In this document: positions 41,101 through 53,100 of the stretch, piece after piece
Position numbering within the stretch: the first letter of the stretch is position 1
How the letters are laid out: each line of letters begins with the position of its first letter
Assembly (NCBI RefSeq): GCF_021869535.1
Contig: NW_026262712.1
Span: 49,662,001-49,726,000, forward strand
Direction of reading: 5' to 3'
From: Mytilus californianus
Lineage: Eukaryota
Length of the DNA: 64,000 bases
Notes under the pieces: model-generated
What the model saw: only the letters and a program-made list of their open reading frames with translations
Databases searched by the model: none
Told to the model about the DNA's origin: nothing
Made by a program: the position numbers and the translations under genes

Positions 41101-44100
41101 GTCAACATGTCGGACATTAACTCAAAAATGCTTTAACCAATTTGCATAAAACTTTGGTGAATTGTTTATATCTATTGAAGTGAGCTCCCTTTCCTTTTTT
41201 ATAAAATTTAGATTTTACGTTTCAGAGTTATGGGGTTTTATTCATTAAAAAAAGGGGGATTTTCCAGTTTTTGGACAATAATTCAAGAATGCTTTCACCA
41301 ACTTGCAAGAAATTGTGGTGAATTGTTTATATCTATTGACATGAGCTACCTTTCAATTTTTATAAATTTTAGATTTTACGTTTCCAAGTTGCAGGGTTTT
41401 ATTCATGAAAAAAGGGGGGATTTTCCAGTTTTCGGACAAAAACTCAAAAATGCTTTCAGCAATTCTAATGAAACTTTGGTGAATTGTTTGTATGTATTGA
41501 TGTAAGCTCCCTTTAGAATTTTATAAATTTTACATTTTACATTTCTGAGTTATGGGGTTTTATTCATTAAAAAAAGGGGTGATTTTCCAGTTTTCGGACA
41601 ATAACTCAAAAATGTTGTCACCAATTCTCATGAAACTTTGGTGAATTGTTTATATCTATTGATGTAAGCTCCTGTTTTATTTTCATAAATTTCTAATATG
41701 ACATTGAGAATTAATTGAACTTTATTTGTTTATAGTCTGACAACAGATTTACTAAGTATTGCACAACAGCAAGAAATCTTTAATTGAATATAAATTCAAT
41801 TCATATAACCAATTTCAAGATCTTTGACTACATTTATTCAGAAACCTATAATATGTCAAATATTTAATTACAATCCAAATTCGAACCTGAATCAAGCTTG
41901 AATATTGTGTCCATTTTTGTCCCAACTGTTCAGGGTTGGACCTCTGCGGGCGTATCTAGCTGCGCTCAGCGAAGCAGTTTATTATAAATTAAAGCATATT
42001 TATTAGAGATTTGTTTTTGTAAATATTTCTGAACTAAATTCTTTTATATATGTACCATAAGTACATTTTACAAACTTGAAATACAATGCAGTCTCAAGAT
42101 TTGTTTTTATTTTTTAAAACTTTCATTCATTGGCCGTGGCTATAATTATTGTCATCAGAAAATCTACACATATTGAACTTAAGTAGTAACTTTTAGACTG
42201 TCGCTTGCAAACTGAATTTGTGATCCGGTTAAAAATGATATGCAAATTACTTGTCACTGGACTTTTCATGATTGGGTGGCTCGTCATTAAGGTCAAGGTA
42301 CCGTAAATGAGTTATGTCACAGAAATTGTAAAAGTTTGCATACAATGTTGACATGTTGAACTATAACTAAGTTTTGAAGAAATAATGCATTTATTTCTTA
42401 TTTTCTGAAATTTTATTGCATGAATTGTTTCAAAATTGATGAACATTTGTACAGAAATCACTCGGAATTGGTGAAAAATGTTCTTAAATTTATCTTTTTA
42501 TTCCGTAGTATTTCAAAAAATAAAAGAGATTAATCCATTATGTTATTGGTTTTCAGCTCAAATTTATCATACCATAGCTGTAAGCAAAATTTCACAAAAG
42601 TCTTTGACATGACCCGTTTACTGTAACTTGACTTTAAAAGGCCTTTATAAGTAATAAACCTTTATAGATAGAATTACTGGTTAAAACAAACTTGAGAAAA
42701 TTTTGTATATGATCTTTCATTTAATGATTTGAAAACTAAACTTTTCAGCTCAAACAGAAGTAGTTACTGATGATGAGGATGGCCTCCAGCATTTAAGTGG
42801 TATTGCTGGAGGAATGCCGATCGATGCCAAGAAAAAATCTGGATTACGGAGATTTTTAGGAAAGTATGTGTAAAACTAGATATTACTTTGTTTTATTGTT
42901 ATTCGTTACATGTGTGCTCTAGAAATTTTAATTTAATTACTTTATGTTAGATAGGTAATCTTCAATTTACAAATTTTATATGAAATATGAGCTCATTGAA
43001 GTGAGTGTTGAAAGTTTATAATAGAAGATTTGAGTTTTTATACAGAGGTATTTTCAAATGGATGTTTTTTGTAAACACAGTAAGATGTTTGAAAGTTGTG
43101 TAAGCTATTTATTAATTTGATCATTACATTTATTGTGAACCTTACAATTCCCACTGGCAAAGTTGACCTCAGATGAATTTGGCTATTTAGTATGTCTCTG
43201 TCACAAAGCTCTTCACTTGTTTAGGTCTTATAAATCCCTGGCTTTTAAATGTTTGGGATTGTGTGTTCCTGATAAAGGTAAATCCAGGACAGAATTAATA
43301 CAGTGTTATTTTCATTGTTAAAGTTGATACTCTTGGTAGAGCAATTAAGAATACCTGTATACATTTTTTTATTGTTTGTCTAGATTAAAAAGAAGTGGAT
43401 CTCAAGATTTCCATGAAAGAGAAAAAACAGAGCAGTTTAAACGAGGAGGTGTGCGTGCTACAGCTTCTGGTAGACTTGGCTGGTCCAAGGATATCAAAGT
43501 TCAAGAGTAAGTATGAACGAAATTCAAGGATGATTTGATTTATTTTATCAACTTAAGGAAAATATATGTTATGTTTACACCAAGGCACTGGAAAGCAAGT
43601 GAACTAATTCACAATTGTTTATATAAATTTCTGTGCAATATGATTCATGGCTAAGGCCTGTTGTTAATGGCTGAGGAGAAGACATCTTAAGAATACAAAA
43701 TAGGTTAACATATGGTTTAAAATAGACAAGGGGTCTTAAACAAATGTGTAGATCTAAATCATCCCTGGTAAAAAATAGGTGTGAAAAACTCAACAGTGAC
43801 TATCAGGGATATGCATTCCAACCTGAATTGTTAAAAAGCAATAAAAAACAATAACCACTACAGTATAATATTCAGACTTAGGACAGGCACATAACATGTG
43901 GCATGGCTAAACTAGTTTTTACTACTCAACCCTCTCAATAATTATGAAGATAAGTGGAATAATATAGGATTATGGCATGAGTATTGGTTAATATTGTCTA
44001 GGGCTGAATTTTGTATTGCTCAAGCTTGCAAGTATAAAATACAACTACGAGAGATATATTCAACAATATTCATGGGATAACCTTTTAATTGTGCAGCAAA

Positions 44101-47100
44101 GTATGAAAAACTTTAAAACATATTTTTGTAACTGATGACCTCACTTATTTGAAGCTGTATTGGCACTAGTGCAATATGATATATTATTGCACACTACTGT
44201 TTTGGTTATGTTAAAGTATGATGTTGCTATACACAACAATAACAGTTACATAGAAAAATGTGAAATAATACCGGTCAACACTGAGGTTGTGAGTTCGAAT
44301 CCCGCACATGGCAGGTGCACTCGACTGCAATCTCAATTGACTAGGATTGTCAATTTTCCTGCTGAAGGTTGGTGGTTCTTTCTTGGCACTCCGGCTTCCA
44401 CCACCAATAAAAACTGACACCAAGAAAGTGGCCAAACACCAATCAATCAATCAATCAATGTTAAATAATGTACAAGTGTAGGTGATGTCTAAAGAAAAAA
44501 ATTAATGTAATATTTATTGAAAATATAATGATTTACTAAAAAATAATAACTCATGCAAATATATGATTTAAAGATTGTCAAACTGAATAACTAGATATAA
44601 ATATTTTTTTTATGAAATTCTTAATTTGAATTTGAATGGTTTTGGGCAAATCCAAAATACAAGAGAAAGCTGAACACAAACTTTCATCATAAAGTCTTGT
44701 TTTATTAAGTGGAGTAATAAACAAATATTTAAAGGATTGGAGATCAAGTGGACAACATCAAACACTTGTAAAAATTCTTCTCATATGAAATTTAAAAAAA
44801 AACCATGTACTGTGAAGGTTATAATAAGACAGAGACTTGTTTATCATTAAGGTTAGACTAGATTAACTTATGTGTCATATTTAGCTAAGAAGTGATTAGT
44901 TTCCTGAAGAAGAGTGTTAAGTTAATGTGGTTTTACATGTATAGGAGAAATGTATAAAATTTTGGAAGATGTCTTTAAAAAGTTTGCAACTATTTATGTC
45001 ATATGAAAAATCTGTTTGAGAAAAAATAATTTATTATTACTTATCTTAAGACATTTTAAAAAGTTAGTCAGATAATAAAATTTGAAATTATATGTAGAAT
45101 GAAACAAGATACAAGATAAAACTTTTTAAATTTCGTACATATTAAACTTTTAGAGACACATTTCATACATTGATATGATTTATTCTTTTTCAGTAATACA
45201 CCTTTTGCTCGATGGGACAGTGATCGAGTGACAGCATGGATGAATGAGATTGGTTTAAATATGTATCTTGTAGAATGTCGGAAATATATCAAAAATGGCG
45301 ACCAGATGTTAAAATTTACCTCACATGATTTAGAAAAAGTGAGTTCAATACGGACATATTTATTAAAAAATGTAATTTTTATGTCACCGCTGTAGAGGAG
45401 GGGCATTAAGTTTTACCTTGTCTGTCTGTACGTCCGTCCGTTCATCCGTCCGTCTGTATGTCCATATGTCCCGAAATTGGTATATGTTCTCTTAACTTTA
45501 GTTTGCCTCAACCAAATGTTATGAAACTTATACACAATGCTGATTACCACAAAACACAGATCAATTTTGAATTTGGGTGGCGTCACTTCTACCTTTCTAG
45601 AGTTGTGCCACTTTACAAATGGAAAAATTGCTGAATTTTTGTTTCTGTTTTCTAACTTAAGTTTGCCTCAACCAAATGTTATGAATCTTATATACAATGC
45701 TTATCACCACAAAAAACAGATCAAGGTTGAATTTTGGTGGCGTCACTTTTTATATTCTAGAGTTGTGCCCCCCCCACCCCCCCTTTCCAAAAAAAAAATA
45801 AAATTCAACAGTTTATATAAATGTATGCCCTGCAAGTGTTGTGTTTTAAGATCTGAAAATATATCTGTCTCCAAAAAATATATTTGGTCTCTAATGATGC
45901 AGTGGTCGATTGCAGTTTCAGCAGGTTCTAAAATTCATTAGATGAACTTTAAACCGAGAAGTCCAACAGGTTGTACATGGAATAAGATTTAAAAGAAAGA
46001 TCATTTATGAGATCAAAAAATAAAAAAAAATAACAATACTATTCAAAGATATAGAGTCATTTTTGTATTATTTTTTATTTCAGGAATTAGGAATAAAGAA
46101 TTACTTGCATCGGAAAAAATTGCAACTAGCACTTCAGTCTATATCAGCAAACTCAGCAGAAAAATTCAACTTCCTGGATCACAATTGGGTCACACGTATG
46201 TTTGAAACTTATGAAGTATTACAATTATTTTTTCAAATTAATTGCTTCATAGAAAAATTTGTAATATTAAATAAACAAGTATTAAGACAAAAAAAAATAG
46301 CTCAGCATAGGATAATGTTTTAATTCATAATTTTCCTTGAGTATAAGTTTCAATTGGAATTAATTGTCGGATAATAATGCAATCAGACAACAAAATATTT
46401 CCCATATGAACACATCACAATTTTGATCCGATCAATAAGGAAAACAAAGGAAGTAAAACCCTTAATTTCTAAATATTGTCACAGAAGTTTATAAGGAGAC
46501 TACAATTCTGATGTTTATTCCTGTAATGTGGATTTTTATGCTTATAATAGTAAGGGCATTATGTTTTTCGGTTTGTGCATCTCCCGTCTGTCTGCCTATT
46601 CCTCCATCAGTCCCATATCTAAGTTTTGGTTTGATGCTGTTAACCATACATTAGTGGTCACATCAATGTGAAATTTAGTACAAATGCTCATTGTGATGTG
46701 AACTTTTCAAACATATACCAAATTAGGAATTTGACCAAGTTTTCATGGTTTTCATGGTTCACTGAACATGGTAAAGGGATAGTGTGAGTGGGGTATGGTG
46801 TACTTTGGAAATATATTCTTGTATTGTATATGACTGGGGTATTTTTTGGTCTTCTTCCTACTGGCAGTAAAACCTATTCCAAAGTGGGGCATCAGTTTGG
46901 CTGTGCAGGATGTGTCTGGTCCGGTCAGAATGGGGACGTTAAGTCTGATGCCTCCTATAGACCCCTATTGAAGGACCTACCTTTTGTATTTATTGTTAAT
47001 TTGTTCTCATCGTTAACATGAAATATTTACCACTGGACATTAAACAAACAGCAATCAATCAATCAATCGTATCTTATGTTTACACTCACATATTATATTT

Positions 47101-50100
47101 ATCCATTGTATATTGTTTGTAGGATGGTTAGATGATATAGGGCTTATCTTATGTTTACATTCACATATTATATTTATCTATTGTATATTGTTTGTAGGAT
47201 GGTTAGATGATATAGGGCTTCCACAGTATAAAGATTATTTTTATGATGCAAGAATTGATGGCAGAATGCTACACTTTCTTACCATTGTAAGTACAGTACT
47301 GGTAAATTAGACAGAGATGGCTTTAGTTCTATTACAATGATTTCATGACCAATCTTTTTAAGCCATGTAAAATGTGATGTGAGATTTTCATATCTTGAAC
47401 AATAGCTCTTCAGTATAAGATATTAAACTGTATGAGATCAAAGGGATTTGAAAAAATCAAAGTAAGGCATTGCAATGTTCGAGAAAAATCATATAAATAT
47501 TAGCAGTATTGAAGCAATGATATTGATTTTATCAGCAAATCTCCAAAATGAAATGAAATTTGAAATGAATTCATGGTATGCATATGATTAAAAGGAGAAG
47601 TAAATATATATGGGAGACATTGACCTAACAACACACTAAAACTAAAAGACAGCTAGAGCTTATCATACAAGTTTCTATTATTATGCCAAGCTCTTAATTC
47701 ACTAAGCTAGATACATGTAAGTTGTATACATCTTTAACAGAATTTACCCGAAAGTTGCATTCAATGCCAAAAATTTAAAGAACTCAACCCTAAGATAACC
47801 ACTGATAAGTTTCCTGGCTACAGACAAGCATATAAATATGTAGCGAGGTTAAACTAGTTTTGATAAGTAACAAAACCCCCTTTTTTAACAAAAACAATGT
47901 AAAACCAAAAATCAGTTCAGAAATGCCTTCAACTCTTGAACAAACACAAAAAAACAAACAAAACAAAGCAATTGAAAGCAAACTAAAGATACCTAATTAA
48001 CTGTCAACATAGAGGTCATTCCATCTTTATGTCTTATCTGCCAGACATTGTGTCCACAACTACAATTATCAATCAACCAGACTTGAAGATTACTTACCAA
48101 CCCTTACACTTGCAGATCCAGTTAACCTGTACATATAGTATAATACAATTAAAAAGATACAGATTCTGTTTCTAAGGTACAATCAGTCTTCATGAAGGAG
48201 CTACTTACATAAGAAAAAAGTATGTTTGAGATTATTATATGACCTAGGTTTACATTGCAGGATGATCTAGTAGCATTAAAAGTTACCAATGAGTTACACC
48301 ACATCAGTATCAGAAGAGGAATTCAGATTTTACGTGCTCATAGTTATAATCCACAGTGCCTACGACGTAGACCTTCACCAGATGAGGTTAGTTACCAGAC
48401 TTAGGTGGTGTTAATTATTTCTCCAATTCATTAACGATTGTATTTCCCCATCTGGGTGATTAGTTTTTTATAATCAATGTATAGTTTTTTATAATCAATG
48501 TGTAGTACATATGATCTTCATAGGTCAAAATTTCAGGATGACATCAAATTTTCTTTCTTTACTATTGAATTTGTTGCTGTGACGTCCAAAAAAAGGGTGA
48601 CCATGCATGATGAAATCATATAAAAAGAACATATCTTTTTGCAGATAACTGAAAAAATAAAGATAAAATTAGTCTACATATTGTCTAAAAATGATAAGAG
48701 AAACCCATTTTATCACTCAACCTTACAAGTGTAATATGTTATATATCCTCTTTCAACAGATATATTTGTAAATGTTCAACTGTCTTTATAAGAGATAGTA
48801 TCACATATGCTGCAGTGATAGATTCTATAAGTAAAGCAAAACAACATGAACTAAATAGAAGAGTTCATGTAAAAAAATAGTCTTTTAAACTGCTCAACCG
48901 TTTTAATTCCATGATGGGTATTGAGTTAGTAGTCTTGCCTCTTTCTTCTCTAAACATAAAAACAAAATTCCTATTGCTTTATTATCTTGTCAGCTATTTC
49001 TGGAGTGGCCCATATCAATGATTGAAACTGCTTTCCCTTTACAGGAAGGTAAAGCATCTGATAGCGGAGACTGATGGTCAAAATGTTAATTGATCCTCAT
49101 ATACTAAAATAATTACAAAGCAGAGAGAGTGAATAAGTGGGGAAACCTATTCAAACAAGATTAGTTGGCAAAGTTTCATTAATATGTAATCTCTTGGTAA
49201 AAAATTGGTTGTTTTAATTCACGAAGAAAATTGAAATTAGTGACTATAAGCATGTTTTTTTAAGTAATCAAAAAGGGGGATCTTAAATAGTAAGATGAAG
49301 TAAGCCATTATATAACCCATTATTTTGTTTTTATTAATTTTTAGGGTCATTTGCAGAATATCCCTGGTGATGTTGCCTTATGGACAAATCATAGAGTAAT
49401 GGAATGGTTACGGACCATTGATTTGTCAGAATATGCTCCAAATATGAGGGGCAGTGGTGTACATGGTGCTTTAATGGTAAATATCAAGTTTATCATTTTG
49501 TACAGAATAATTTTTTTAGTTAGATTTTGTAGGTATGTAGTATTATATTTGAACAGTAACTTTTAAGCATTTTAATAAATAATATTTGTTTTTTACTGTT
49601 GAAAATCACAGCTGCTACAATGAGAACTTTACTTGAAAAAAAATAATTCATCTTTAACATGCATCTATAGATAAGCTTTCACATTCTTGTAAAATGTGAA
49701 AAAAAGCTTGGTTATAGAATGCAGTAAGCCTTATGATTTTTGCACATTAAAGAATCGGTAATAGCAAAACCTTTACGGTTCCATTGGTGACTTGCTACTT
49801 AAATAAAATTTCAATAATAAAAAATAATGTTTTGATCCTAAAGACAGGCTGTCATATTTATCATTATTGATTTTCATGCCCATTTCAGGCATAAATAACT
49901 TTAAAAAAAACAAACATATGTGAACCCTATAAAAATAATTTAATATCTCAATAATTTCTGTATTTAACTAGTAGTTAAACATATAGATATGATTTATTTT
50001 TCAGGTTTTGGAACCAAGATTTTGTGCTGAGTTATTTGCCCAGTTGTTATCAATACCTTCGAATAAGACATTATTACGAAGACATCTCAACACACATTTT

Positions 50101-53100
50101 ATAGCATTAATAGGCAACGATACACAGCACAAGAAGAGAGAACATGAATCTAACCCTGCATATATTCCACTGTTACCTAATGCCAAAGTTAAAGTAAGTT
50201 GTATATTGTTTATTCATTGTTATTCCTGGAGTACTAATATTTGTGAATTTCTTGGTTTTGTATGTGAACCACAAAGTCATCAAATTACAAATTTCCTTTG
50301 GCTAATGTACATAGAATTGTTAAAACCACAAAATCTAATACCCACGAAATACTATTGATTCATCTATTTTCCTGGGGGCCAATTTTTATACGACCGCAAA
50401 AAAATTTTTGTGGTCGTATATTGGTATGACGTTGGCATCGTCGTCGTCGTCGTCCGGCGTCGTCGTCCGAATACACATTAGTTTTCGCACTCTAACTTTA
50501 GTTTAAGTGAATGGATCTCATTGAAATTTTACCATAAGGTTCAATACCACAAAAGGAAGGTGGGGATTGATTTTGGGGGTTATGGTACTAACAGTTAAGG
50601 AATTAGGGGCCAAAAGGGGCCAAAAATAAGCATTTTTGTAACTTCCAGACATAACTTGTGTGTAAGTGTATGGATCTCTCTGACATTGTACCACAAGGTT
50701 CCATATCACAAAGGGAATGCTGGGATTGATTTTGGGGGTAATTGTCTCCAAATTTTAGGAATTAGGGGCCAAAAAGGGTTAAAAAACAAGCATTTTTCTA
50801 GTTTCATGACAATAACTTGTTTGTAAGTGTATGGATCTTTATGAAATTGTACTACAAGGTTCCATATCACAAAGGGAAGGCTGGGATTGATTTTGGGGGT
50901 TTTCCCTCAAAATTTTAGTAATTAGGGGCCATAAAAGGGCAAAAAAAACATGCATTTTTCTAGTTTCAGGACAATAACTTGTGTGTAAGTGTATGGATCT
51001 TTATGAAATTGTACTGCAAGGTTCCATATCACAAAGGGAAAGCTGGAATTGAGTTTGGGGGTAATTGCCCTAAACGTTTAGGAATTTGGGGCCAAAAAGG
51101 GGCCAAAAAACAAGCATTTTTCTAGTTTCCAGACAATAACTTGTGTTCAAGTGTATGAATCTCTCTGAAATTGTACTGCAAGGTACCATACCACAAAGGG
51201 AAAGCTGGGATTGAGTTTGGGGGCGATGAATCATAAGGGGGTTCAAAAAATTGGGGGGGGATTTTTTTTTTCCTTTTTTTTCTTTAACATTTTCCATTTT
51301 AAATTGGTTATTTCTGATTTATATATAAAAGCAAATAATAATGATATGGTTTGAATAGGCATACATGTGAACCTCCCGACGGGAGTACAATAATCCCGTT
51401 TTCAGGGGTCTCCTCCCCCCTCCCGTTGAAAAAATCCCGTGTATGAAATTTTTCATGAATGAAAAATTTCTGCCCAACATAACATCTCAGGCATCTGGTG
51501 TAACTGACATTACCTGAAGTTATATTTTACCTGTAAATCAATTAACATGCATAATTATATGGCTTCACTTGTCAGCTTGGGTGTCAAACATACTGGTAAG
51601 AAACGATTTTTACCTCAGGCTAACTGCCGTTGTGTAACAAAAACTGTGTATTTATTGGGTTACTTCCCTTGATTTATCCTGTTTTAAGTTACTTTCCTTT
51701 TAATAATGAAAATTTTTAAAAGAATATAAATAAAATATAAATTAAACAAATAATCATAAAAGGATGGTTATTGAATGATTTTAAATGTCTTAGGACAAAT
51801 AAAAAAATAATAATTTGAAAATTATTTCAGGATTCTATACTTCCTTTTAAGGCTTAAATTGAAATTTATATAATAACTATGACCCTAACTTTACAGATAG
51901 AATGAATTTCTGAGTTTGCAAATAAAAACTACTTGCAAGAGAAAAAAAAATAAAATAAAAACTATTTGCAGACAGCTAAACAAATGTTCTGGTTGCAATG
52001 ATTGTTTTATAGAATATGAAGTAAAAAATTTAAAGAACATACTGGAAAAAAACAATGTTAGATTGAACATGTAGAATATAAAGATGGAGAAACTTTATAA
52101 GTACAAGGGTACTATAAACATAATAAATTGGTTGGAAAGTTGAAGAAAACACACTTTAAAAGACCATTTTTACAGCACACGGTTACATTTACAACAAAAT
52201 TAATGTCGATTAAAAACCTCCTGATCTGAGTCCTAATCTCCTGACCAAAATTTCCCAATCTCCTGATCTGAGTTTCACAGTCCATCACATGTATGAATAG
52301 GTAAATTGAAAATTTTTAAGTTCTTAGACCACTTTCATTCTGTGTCAGAAACCTATGCTGTGTCAAATATTTAATTACAATCCAAATTCAGTGCTGTATC
52401 AAGCTTGAATGTTGTGTCCATACTTGCCCCAACTGTTCAGGGTTCGACCTCTGCGGTCGTATCAAGCTGCGCCCCAGCGGAGCATTTTATTAGTTCATTG
52501 ATTAAAAATTGTATTTTCATGAAAACTTGATTTTGTCAAAGTTACATACAAAACTACAGATAAATGTATACTTCTTTGAACATTTGATTTCATGGTTTGC
52601 CTATACACATTAAATCAAGAAAAATTGGTACCCATATCTGCTTTACTTTTAAAGGTGTCTTCTGAAATAGTAAAAATGATATTGTTCTTTGGACAAGTTA
52701 AATAAACTGTTTAATGATTTAATTGACACCAGATGAGTATACATAATAAATGATGAATTGTGAGGTTTTTGGAAATAAGTTTAACACCAATTTCAAAGAT
52801 GTGGTCTATCATGAATTGTTTGTTATTTTTATGTCCCACCTAGGGGCATTATATTTTTTGGTCTGTGCATCCGTTCATTAGTCTGTTCGTCCGTCCGTCT
52901 GTCCCGCTTCAGGTTAAAGTTTTTGGTCAAGGTAATTTTTGATGAAGTTGAAGTCCAATCATGATCCCTATGATATGATCTTTCTAATTTTAATGTCAAA
53001 TTAGAGTTTTGACCCCAATTTCATGGTCCACTGAACATAGAAAATGATAGTGTGAGTGGGGTATCCGTGTACTATGGACACATTCTTGTTAAATCAATAA

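Noticed and set aside
44274-44320. tRNA gene suggested by the B-box GTTCGAATCC
   Set aside because: It continues into a SINE body with a (CAAT)n tail; no cloverleaf can be built.
14125-52295. Two TIR elements both exactly 936 bp (14125-15060 and 51360-52295)
   Set aside because: Different TIRs, TSDs and interiors; treated as coincidence.
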